Assembly (NCBI GenBank): GCA_040380025.1
Contig: JBEIJY010000009.1
Coordinates: 26,034-90,033, forward strand
Direction of reading: 5' to 3'
Origin: Bdellovibrionales bacterium
GTDB taxonomy: Bacteria > Bdellovibrionota > UBA1018 > CAIMNF01
Length of the DNA: 64,000 nucleotides
The position numbers and the translations under genes are program-made. Positions 56,893-64,000 of this stretch are shown in pieces. How positions within the stretch are numbered: the first letter of the stretch is position 1; every line of letters begins with the position of its first letter. The notes under the pieces were generated by a model. The model had not been told where the DNA came from. It did no database searches and worked only from the letters and a program-made list of their open reading frames with translations.

Positions 56893-57969
56893 ATGAGACT
56901 CATCACCGGATTCCCGGGTTTTCTCGGCACAGGCTTTCTCTCCCGCATCCTTCTTCGCCCCGAAATCTCAGCACTGGTTCTGGTGCAAAAAAAATTCGAA
57001 GCCCAAGCCCGGATCGAGATCGAAAAGATCAACTCGAAACTCCCGGGAGCGGGCGATCGGATCTCGATCGCGTTGGGTGATCTGACCGAGCCGGGTCTCG
57101 GAATCCAAGGTCATCCGCTTTTGGACCAAATCACCGAGGTGGATCACTTCGCGGCGGTCTACGACCTGAGCGTGGAGGAATCGCTCGCGAAAAAAATCAA
57201 TGTCGAGGGAACCCGCTCCGTGATTGATCTTGCGAAATCCCTCCCCTCGTTTCGCGGGCTTCATTATGTGAGTACCTGCTATGTCAGCGGCTCCTCGGCC
57301 GGAAGGTTTCTCGAAAGCGATCTCGAGAAGGGCCAGTCCTTCCATAATTTTTACGAATCGACCAAATACGAGGCCGAGGTTTTGATCAGAAACGCGATGA
57401 AGGACGGGCTTCCCGCCGCCATTTACCGTCCCGCCATCGTCGTGGGCGACAGCAGAACGGGCGAAACGGGCAAATTCGACGGACCTTACTTTGTCATGCA
57501 GTGGTTGCTCCGACAGGGCCATCGGGCCGTTCTTCCGCGCATCGGAAACCCCGCCTCCCACACGCTGAACATCGTTCCCGGCGATTTCGTGCTCGATGCG
57601 ATGGCGCATCTGGCGCTGAAGACCTCGTCGATCGGAAACACCTTCCAACTCGCCGATCCGGCCCCGCTGACGATCGCAGAGCTCGTCCGGACCCTCGCCC
57701 GCGATTGCGATCGCGAGCTGATCGAGATCCCGCTCTCGAAAGGCTTCACCAAATTCGCGCTCGACTCGATTCCGGGTCTCGAGCGATTCGTCGGCATTCC
57801 GGCCAGTGCGATCGATTATTTCGTGCATCCGACCTCTTATGACGTGAGCACAACGCTCCGGCATCTCGAAGGCTCCGGAATCGCCTGTCCTCTGTTTGCC
57901 AGCTACTCGAAAAAACTCGTGGAATTCATGAAGACCCACCCCGGCATCCGCTCGAAGGCGATGATCTGA
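56893..57969 (+). CDS. extended SDR / thioester reductase-like oxidoreductase
   Basis: ITGFPGFLG, GDLT.PGLG, HFAAVYD, VSTCYVSG, YESTK, RP.IVVGDS.TG. Confidence 0.88.
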   Translation: MRLITGFPGFLGTGFLSRILLRPEISALVLVQKKFEAQARIEIEKINSKLPGAGDRISIALGDLTEPGLGIQGHPLLDQITEVDHFAAVYDLSVEESLAKKINVEGTRSVIDLAKSLPSFRGLHYVSTCYVSGSSAGRFLESDLEKGQSFHNFYESTKYEAEVLIRNAMKDGLPAAIYRPAIVVGDSRTGETGKFDGPYFVMQWLLRQGHRAVLPRIGNPASHTLNIVPGDFVLDAMAHLALKTSSIGNTFQLADPAPLTIAELVRTLARDCDRELIEIPLSKGFTKFALDSIPGLERFVGIPASAIDYFVHPTSYDVSTTLRHLEGSGIACPLFASYSKKLVEFMKTHPGIRSKAMI

Positions 57970-57982
57970 AAGGAAGTCCGGA

Positions 57983-59188
57983 TCAAAGCGACTGAATGAG
58001 CCGCCCCACATTGATTCTCCCGCACCGCACGCCGGGATTCCGGATCGGGTCGGCGGTCCTGCACAGATGCGATAGAATTTTATCGGGAGTAACCGACGAG
58101 CTGTACCCGACGGCGAGGGCGATCGCACCCGCGACCTGTGGCGTTGCCATTGAGGTTCCCGAAAGTGTCTTGTACCCGCCCGGATAGGTGCTGAGAATCC
58201 CCACCCCGGGCGCCGCAATCGCGACCACCGCTGCGCCATAGTTGCTGAAGCGCGGAAGCTCTTCGTTCGAATCCGAGGCCGCGACCGCCACCACTCCCTC
58301 GAGGCTTGCCGGATACACGGGCGAGGTCCCGATGTCTTTTCCTTCGTTCCCCGCCGCCGCCACAAAGATCACTCCCGCCCTCCGCGCATCCGCAATCGTT
58401 TGCGCGAGGAGCGCGCTGTAGCCGGGGCCACCCCACGATGCCGAGATCACCCGTGCGCCCATCTTCACCGCATACCGGATCGCCTCGATCGCATGCGCGG
58501 TCGAACCTTGTCCTCCGGCGCCCAAAAACCGGAGCGGCATGATCTTCACATTGGGTGCAATTCCAATCACACCGAAGCCGTTTTTCACGGCCGCGATCGT
58601 GCCTGCGGTATGCGTTCCGTGACCATTGTCATCGGTGGGATCACTCTTCCGCCCGAGAAAATCATACCCGTGCAAGTCATACGGGTAGCTGTTTCCGTCG
58701 AGATCCCGTCCAGGGGTGCCCCCCTTCTCGCCCGGGTTCGTCCAGAGATTTTCTTGAAGATCCGGATGATGAAGATCGATCCCCGAATCGATCACGGCCA
58801 CGACGACCTCGGGCTTTCCGGGAGTGAGCATCCACGCAGAGGGGGCCTGCATGAGCTCTTTTGCGCGATCAAAGATCTCTTCTGGAAGATCCGTCAGATC
58901 CGGCACCGGTGCCGGTCGTTTTTCTTGAACCGGGGCGGGCACTGGGGCGGGAGCGGGGGCCGCCGCGGATCGTCTCTTCCTGCCGAAACTCGAATACACG
59001 GTGAAATTCGGCTCGCAGAACTGGACACTGCAAACTTCTTGCTCACGGACCGGATCGCGGATCACCTCGATTCGTCCGTTCACCTCGGCGATCACCCCAT
59101 CCGACTCCGGTTCGCCGCTTCCGCAGGCCCCGACCGACAGACCGAGAGCCAGAATCCAAAACAGTCCCTTCCCCCTCACTCTGACCAC
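57983..59188 (-). CDS. S8 subtilisin-like serine peptidase, lipoprotein
   Basis: Lipobox VGAC; VIDSG, HGTHTAG, AAAGN, GTSMATP catalytic triad. Confidence 0.92.
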   Translation of the reverse strand: MVRVRGKGLFWILALGLSVGACGSGEPESDGVIAEVNGRIEVIRDPVREQEVCSVQFCEPNFTVYSSFGRKRRSAAAPAPAPVPAPVQEKRPAPVPDLTDLPEEIFDRAKELMQAPSAWMLTPGKPEVVVAVIDSGIDLHHPDLQENLWTNPGEKGGTPGRDLDGNSYPYDLHGYDFLGRKSDPTDDNGHGTHTAGTIAAVKNGFGVIGIAPNVKIMPLRFLGAGGQGSTAHAIEAIRYAVKMGARVISASWGGPGYSALLAQTIADARRAGVIFVAAAGNEGKDIGTSPVYPASLEGVVAVAASDSNEELPRFSNYGAAVVAIAAPGVGILSTYPGGYKTLSGTSMATPQVAGAIALAVGYSSSVTPDKILSHLCRTADPIRNPGVRCGRINVGRLIQSL

Positions 59189-59223
59189 CCTTCTCGCCCA
59201 CTCACTGTGGGCCTTTCTTCATT

Positions 59224-59251
59224 TTATCGGCTTCGGAGGAGGGAAACTGAA
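59224..59251 (-). promoter_or_regulatory. sigma28-like promoter of S8 peptidase
   Basis: Minus strand TTCAGTTT-N12-GCCGATAA. Confidence 0.55.
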
Positions 59252-59343
59252 GAATCCTTAAAAATTGACGCGAGGCAAAAAACACAAGAGCCCCCGATCG
59301 GAATCGGGTGAAAAACCCTTGTAACCATGATAAGTTAGCTCGA

Positions 59344-60225
59344 ATGAGGAAGAGGTTTTTTAAGGTGAATGTCGAGATCAGCACGATCTGCAACCTTAAG
59401 TGCGGCTTCTGCCCTCAGATTGAACGATCAAAAAAAATAATGGATGTGGGTCTTTTTGGCACCATCATACGGCAGATCGCACCCCTGACCGAACAGGTGG
59501 CGCTCCATCTCATGGGCGAACCCTTGGTTCACGGCAAACTGGCCGAACTGCTGGCGATCTGCGCCACGCATGAGCTTCCTGTTTTTTTCGTCACCAACGG
59601 CACGCTGCTGAACGAGACCCGCTCGGAACTCCTGCTCCACCCGATCCTGCGTCAGGTGAATTTCTCGCTTCATAGCTTTCACGACAACTTCCCGGATCGC
59701 GATCCCTCCGACTACCTCGAGAAGATCTTCGCGTATGTCGAGCGGGCCCTGATCGAGCGTCCCGAGCTGTATCTGAACTTCAGACTCTGGAACCTCTCGG
59801 CCCCCGATGCGAATCGCGAATCAAATTCGCTGATCTCGAAAAAAATCGAGGAGCGCTTCGGCGTCTCGCTGCCCGGGACCCTCGATGTCCGCCGGCAAAA
59901 GAGCGTTCGCCTGAAGGGCAGGCTCTATGTGCATTACGACACCGAGTTTGTCTGGCCGGACCTCTCGCTCCCCGTGATCGGCGAACAGGGGACGTGCAAG
60001 GGCCTCCGGAATCACTTTGGAATTCTGGCGGATGGCACCGTTGTGCCGTGCTGTCTCGACAAAGAGGGCGACATTCCGCTCGGAAACGTCCAAGAGCAAG
60101 CGATCGAGACGATTCTCGCCTCTGAAAAAGCAACTACCATCCGGAATGGCTTCTTGAACCGCAGGCTGATCGAACCCTTGTGCCAGCGCTGCGATTATGT
60201 GACGCGCTTTACTTCAGACTCGTGA
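59344..60225 (+). CDS. radical SAM protein with SPASM/twitch domain
   Basis: CNLKCGFC (CxxxCxxC), GEPL, TNG, C...DG.VVPCC.D, LGN, CQRC. Confidence 0.9.
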   Translation: MRKRFFKVNVEISTICNLKCGFCPQIERSKKIMDVGLFGTIIRQIAPLTEQVALHLMGEPLVHGKLAELLAICATHELPVFFVTNGTLLNETRSELLLHPILRQVNFSLHSFHDNFPDRDPSDYLEKIFAYVERALIERPELYLNFRLWNLSAPDANRESNSLISKKIEERFGVSLPGTLDVRRQKSVRLKGRLYVHYDTEFVWPDLSLPVIGEQGTCKGLRNHFGILADGTVVPCCLDKEGDIPLGNVQEQAIETILASEKATTIRNGFLNRRLIEPLCQRCDYVTRFTSDS

Positions 60226-60460
60226 GCTGGTCGCGCGCATCGACCTCGGCAAGCTGGGTGTACCCGCCGATCAGTTTGCCATCGGCATACACTTGCGGAA
60301 CGGTTTTCATTCCGCTGGTGCGCACGAGCTCATCCCATTTTTCGTCCGACCAGTCGTCGATCATGATGGTTTCGAACGAAACGCCTCTTTGGGTCAGAAG
60401 CGCCTTCGCCTTCACGCAATAAGGACAATTCTGCATCGAGTACACAACGATTTTCTTCAT
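60209..60460 (-). CDS. glutaredoxin
   Basis: CPYC, TVPQ, IGGY. Confidence 0.93.
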   Translation of the reverse strand: MKKIVVYSMQNCPYCVKAKALLTQRGVSFETIMIDDWSDEKWDELVRTSGMKTVPQVYADGKLIGGYTQLAEVDARDQLTSLK

Positions 60461-60500
60461 GCTTTCTCTTTACCCTGCTTCGGTGATAATGTGAACCGGC

Positions 60501-60947
60501 ATGAAAACCCTCGGAATGCGCCACATTGCCCTCAATGTCCGGAACGCCCAAGCCTCGAAAGAGTTCTACTGCCGTGTCCTCAAGATGCAGGTCGAGTGGG
60601 AGCCCGACGCGAAAAGCGTGTACGTCACGAGCGGTGATGAGAACGGCCCCGGACTCGACAATCTGGCCCTGCACCAGGCCGATGCGCCCCTGCATAAGCC
60701 CGGTAACCTGAATCACATCGGTTTTTTTGTCGCGACCCCCGACGAGGTCGACGAGTGGTACGCGCACATCAAAAAAGAAGGCGCGAAGGTGGTGAAAGAG
60801 CTGAAAACCCACCGCGACGGCGCGCGCTCATTTTACTTCGAGGACCCGGACGGGATCGTGATCCAATTGCTGTACCATGAGCCGGTGGTGAAGCGTTCGG
60901 GGTATCTGGCCTCTGAGTCGACACCTCCCGCATCCGGCGCGATCTGA
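60501..60947 (+). CDS. VOC/glyoxalase family protein
   Basis: HIALNV, FY..VL, HIGF, SFYF.DPDG. Confidence 0.9.
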   Translation: MKTLGMRHIALNVRNAQASKEFYCRVLKMQVEWEPDAKSVYVTSGDENGPGLDNLALHQADAPLHKPGNLNHIGFFVATPDEVDEWYAHIKKEGAKVVKELKTHRDGARSFYFEDPDGIVIQLLYHEPVVKRSGYLASESTPPASGAI

Positions 60948-60960
60948 CGGCGCTATTTGC

Positions 60961-61159
60961 AAACTGCACCCCTTGAGTGTGCTTTTTTAATGAGCGGGAT
61001 GGGGGGAGAGGGGTGGAATCATTCGGTTTTTACCTCCGAGCCGGATCCTCCGGCCTCGCTCTCGCCATCCTGGCTCGCGAGAGTCGGCAAAAACCGAATG
61101 ATTCCACCCCTCTCCCCCCATCCCGCTTCGTCATCGAGCACAATCAAAGGGAGCAGTTT
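60961..61159. repeat. modular palindromic repeat, copy E3
   Basis: Same ends and core as E1; different, perfect 34-bp stem. Confidence 0.85.
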
Positions 61160-61164
61160 TCATA

Positions 61165-61362
61165 GGCTGCCATTTCTGACCAAGTGGAAATCCAAAACTC
61201 AGAGAAGACGGGGGCACCGGATGAAATCGGGTTTGCCGACTCTCGCGAGCGCGTGACGCGCGAAAGCGAGGCCGCAGGACGCGGCTCGGAGGCAAAAACC
61301 GATTTCACCCGGTGCCCCCACCTTCACTGATTTTTGATTCCGCCAGATCAAAAATGACTGCC
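61165..61362. repeat. palindromic repeat E4: same core inverted, different arms
   Basis: ~65-bp imperfect inverted arms around TTGCCGACTCTCGCGAGC...GCGAGGCCG...CGGCTCGGAGG.AAAAACCGA. Confidence 0.8.
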
Positions 61363-61373
61363 GATCCGCGGCG

Positions 61374-62564
61374 CTATCTGAGCTTCACGCGTCGGCCCTG
61401 ATCGAGAACAAGCCCCTGCTCGCCCGAGAGAAACCGGAAGAGCTTCGCCATCCCGTCCTCGCCCAGCTGCTGAGACACGAGTCCGCTTGCCGAGAGCTCC
61501 TCGGGCGACTTCGCCTTCAGACGAAGGAGCGGGAGCACACTCTGGGGCGGAACGATGTGCTTCGAAGCAATCGAATACTCATCCGAAAGAAGCGAGAGCA
61601 CCACTCGGAGCAAATCCATTCCGAGCGATTCCTCGGCATTCGGCTGAATCGAACCCCGCTGCTTGATGTCGCGCGGGATCTCGTCCGTGCTCTTCATTCC
61701 GCGATCGATCGCCGACAAAATCCGGTTCGCCTGCGGAAGCTTCGCTTCTCCCCGCGAGAGCCCGCGAAACCCTTGCAATTGCTCGGGCGTACCCGGCTTG
61801 ATCTTGGCTAGGTCGATCAGGACTCCGTCCTCGGCGAGCCATCTGCGCGGAACATCGAGCTCGCGCACCCGTTGCTCGCGCCAGCACACCAGCTCAAGCA
61901 AAACCGCATAATCGCGCACATGGAATTTTCCGGACTGGGCGATGCGCCGGGCAATGTCCTCGGGCGGAATCTCGTACAGGGTGCGCTCGCAGAACTTCGA
62001 CGAAAGCTCGAGCGCCCACTCGCGCCGTCCGCTCCGGTCAAGCCGCTCAAAGAGAATGCCGGCAACCTCGATCAGATGCTTCACGTCGAGGAGCGCGTAC
62101 TCCAGCACGGGCGTGGGAAGGGGCCGTTTCGACCAGTTCGTGCGGGCGTAGCCTTTCGGAAGCTCGATGCCGAGCACCGAGCGGATCAGATTCCCAAGAC
62201 CGATGTTGTCTCCGAGTCCGCAAAGCGAGGCGCCCACAGCCGTATCAAACACCGGCGTGGCCAGCATGTCGTAAGCCGAGAGCAAACACTCCTGATCCCC
62301 GTGCGCGGCATGCACGATTTTCAGGATCTTCGGGTCCTGGAACACGTCCAGAATCGGCTTCATGTCCTTCTTCGAGATCGCCTGACAATCGATGAGCCAG
62401 GCATCCGAGGGCGTCGCAATCTGGAGGATTTCGAGCTTCGGGTAAAAGGTGCTCTCGCGGATGAATTCGGTGTCGAACGCGATCAGCGGAGCATCGAGGA
62501 GAATTTTTGCAATGGCGGGAATGTCGCCGGGCTGTTGGATCAGGTTGAGCGGGATTTGTGGCAT
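61374..62564 (-). CDS. rnd: ribonuclease D
   Basis: AFDTEFIRE.T.YP.L..LQI, K..HA...D, FDT, W..RPL....L.YA..DV, HRDC region. Confidence 0.93.
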   Translation of the reverse strand: MPQIPLNLIQQPGDIPAIAKILLDAPLIAFDTEFIRESTFYPKLEILQIATPSDAWLIDCQAISKKDMKPILDVFQDPKILKIVHAAHGDQECLLSAYDMLATPVFDTAVGASLCGLGDNIGLGNLIRSVLGIELPKGYARTNWSKRPLPTPVLEYALLDVKHLIEVAGILFERLDRSGRREWALELSSKFCERTLYEIPPEDIARRIAQSGKFHVRDYAVLLELVCWREQRVRELDVPRRWLAEDGVLIDLAKIKPGTPEQLQGFRGLSRGEAKLPQANRILSAIDRGMKSTDEIPRDIKQRGSIQPNAEESLGMDLLRVVLSLLSDEYSIASKHIVPPQSVLPLLRLKAKSPEELSASGLVSQQLGEDGMAKLFRFLSGEQGLVLDQGRRVKLR

Positions 62565-62609
62565 GCGAAACAAAAGAGTCGCACAGATCCCGCGTCATTT
62601 CCAGATCTG

Positions 62610-63113
62610 CTAGGGCGAAAATCCGTAGAGCCGGTCGCCGATCGCCACAAACCCGTGGGGATGACGGCCTCCATCGCGGGTGCCGGGATTGTAGTGAACC
62701 CAGTGAAGGATCGCCCCCATCGGAGACGGCCTGCTGGCGCGGGGGCCGACGGTGATGTAATCGCCACACGCCACCACTCGCATTCCGGGTCGGATTTCGG
62801 GCAGGGCCCCGAACTCGCGGTTGTAAATGATCTCGAGGTCTCCGCCCGGAACCTGATCGAGATCGATCGCAAAATGCTCGTGCTTCGGGCGATCGGGATA
62901 CACATCGGTGACCGTGCCGCTGACAAACCCCCGCTCGAGGAATTGATCGGGAGTGCTCGAACGCCATTGCAGGACTTGGCGGTTGTTCAAAGCGAGGGGC
63001 TGTCCCGAGAAGTTCATGCAGGGCGGAAGCCGATCGTCATCCGCGAACGCCGTTCCGGCAGAAACACTCAAAAACGCACTTAAAACCAAACCGACCCACA
63101 CTCGAAGCTTCAT
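62610..63113 (-). CDS. exported OB-fold protein (DUF3465-like)
   Basis: Signal peptide; G.V..V.PD...H..F, ILHWVH, H.HGF. Confidence 0.65.
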   Translation of the reverse strand: MKLRVWVGLVLSAFLSVSAGTAFADDDRLPPCMNFSGQPLALNNRQVLQWRSSTPDQFLERGFVSGTVTDVYPDRPKHEHFAIDLDQVPGGDLEIIYNREFGALPEIRPGMRVVACGDYITVGPRASRPSPMGAILHWVHYNPGTRDGGRHPHGFVAIGDRLYGFSP

Positions 63114-63198
63114 GATCATCCCTCCCCGGAAGATGTTTTTTGAACCTGAGGAAGGAGTATGACGGGGGATGCAAAAACGCAATGAGTTTGATTGTCAA

Positions 63199-63292
63199 AA
63201 ACTGCACCCTTTGAGTGTGCTTTTGTGGGAAACGGGATCATCCCTCTTGGCTGATCGCGCTCCATCACCAAGCACAATCAAAGGGGGCAGTT
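63199..63292. repeat. modular palindromic repeat, core-less copy E5
   Basis: AAACTGCACCCTTTGAGTGTGCTT...AAGCACAATCAAAGGGGGCAGTT. Confidence 0.85.
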
Positions 63293-63302
63293 CTGGGGCG
63301 GA

Positions 63303-63758
63303 TCAAGCCGCTGACTTTTTTGAGTAATTTGTCAAATCAATGATCCGGATCCGGACTCGTGCCTTCGGTCCGGCGAGCAAAAAATCAGTTTTCTTCGGGT
63401 CTCCAGAGAACACCTGGAAGGCATAGAGCGCGATCACCCTCGAGGCCTCATCCTCGGCATGCTGGTAGGTCTCGATCCGGGAGCGGGACTTGAACCACTG
63501 GACGGCATGCTCCTGGATCTCGGGCTTCAAAAACGGCTGAGACAGAATCCCCTCCACAAAATCCGCGAACTCCTCGTCCTCGGACATTTGCTTCATTCGG
63601 AATTCATGGACCCGACGGAGCGGCTCCGGGTCCTGATTGATCAGGGCCAGCTCGAGCTCGAGAATCTCCTCGGCACTCGTCAGTGTTTCGGTCAAAACGG
63701 GTTCCCCGCCGTTCCGGGTTACTACGAGGGCAATCGTGGGATGCTCGTCGGTCTTCAT
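63303..63758 (-). CDS. hypothetical protein
   Basis: 151-aa ORF with native codon usage; sigma28-like TAATG-N14-TCCGATAA upstream. Confidence 0.7.
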   Translation of the reverse strand: MKTDEHPTIALVVTRNGGEPVLTETLTSAEEILELELALINQDPEPLRRVHEFRMKQMSEDEEFADFVEGILSQPFLKPEIQEHAVQWFKSRSRIETYQHAEDEASRVIALYAFQVFSGDPKKTDFLLAGPKARVRIRIIDLTNYSKKSAA

Positions 63759-63841
63759 GCCCTTCTTATCGGATTAAAACAGTATGACATTAGAAAATTC
63801 TTTGACGGTCCCCTAGGCATTCAGAATGATTCGGGTTTTCC

Positions 63842-64000
63842 AAACTGCCCCCTTTCATTGTGCTTGGTGATGGAGCGAGTTCGGCGAAGGGGGTTTGAAT
63901 TATTAAGTTTTTTGCGAAGCTCGCGAGCCAGGATGGGGAGAGCGAGGCCGGGGGAGCGGGCGCGGAGGGGAAAACGGCAAAATTGCAACCCCCACCGCCC
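63842..64000. repeat. modular palindromic repeat, copy E6 (truncated by window end)
   Basis: AAACTGCCCCCTTTCATTGTGCTT then inverted core CTCGCGAGCCAGGATGG.GAGAGCGAGGCCG. Confidence 0.8.

Noticed and set aside
60957..61256. Small ORFs sharing GFYLRAGSSGLALAILARESRQKPN with the 37.7-kb region
   Set aside because: Translation of the repeat core; starts and stops are not conserved between copies.
61872..63083. 403-aa + strand ORF
   Set aside because: Antisense to rnd and the exported OB-fold gene.
37599..64000. CRISPR array interpretation of the repeats
   Set aside because: Copies are dispersed and inverted rather than regularly spaced direct repeats; no cas genes.

Overview
Ordinary-looking, GC-rich bacterial chromosome. 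The gene repertoire suggests a Bdellovibrionota/Oligoflexia-like organism (inference). It holds about 60 CDS and two tRNAs (Glu-TTC, Arg-CCG). No integrase, transposase, phage genes or CRISPR array were seen. Housekeeping genes include pyk, mpl, ssb, psd, rsmB, sppA, icd and rnd. The main accessory locus is a ~13.7-kb MSHA/T2SS-like type IV filament cluster (39.0-52.8 kb) with six pilin-like genes, a MotB/OmpA-like gene inside the pilMNOPQ operon, and a secretin with a ~55-aa Gly/Met low-complexity insert in the predicted gate hairpin. Non-coding structure is rich: (i) a dispersed modular palindromic repeat family (six copies) with shared ends, a conserved CCATCCTGG core and copy-specific long stems; (ii) a tRNA-Glu-linked repeat whose duplicated T-loop is split by a 100-nt insert; (iii) a candidate C-rich-loop sRNA with its own promoter and terminator; (iv) many apparently leaderless promoters and several sigma28-like promoters. 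Other notable loci are a DUF3015-DUF4105(Lnb-like)-hydrolase/M23 operon, an AT-richer lipocalin/binding protein/hybrid kinase module, an Rsm22/METTL17-like methyltransferase and a Csd6/Bd1075-like LD-carboxypeptidase. All product calls come from motif recognition by eye, not from database searches.
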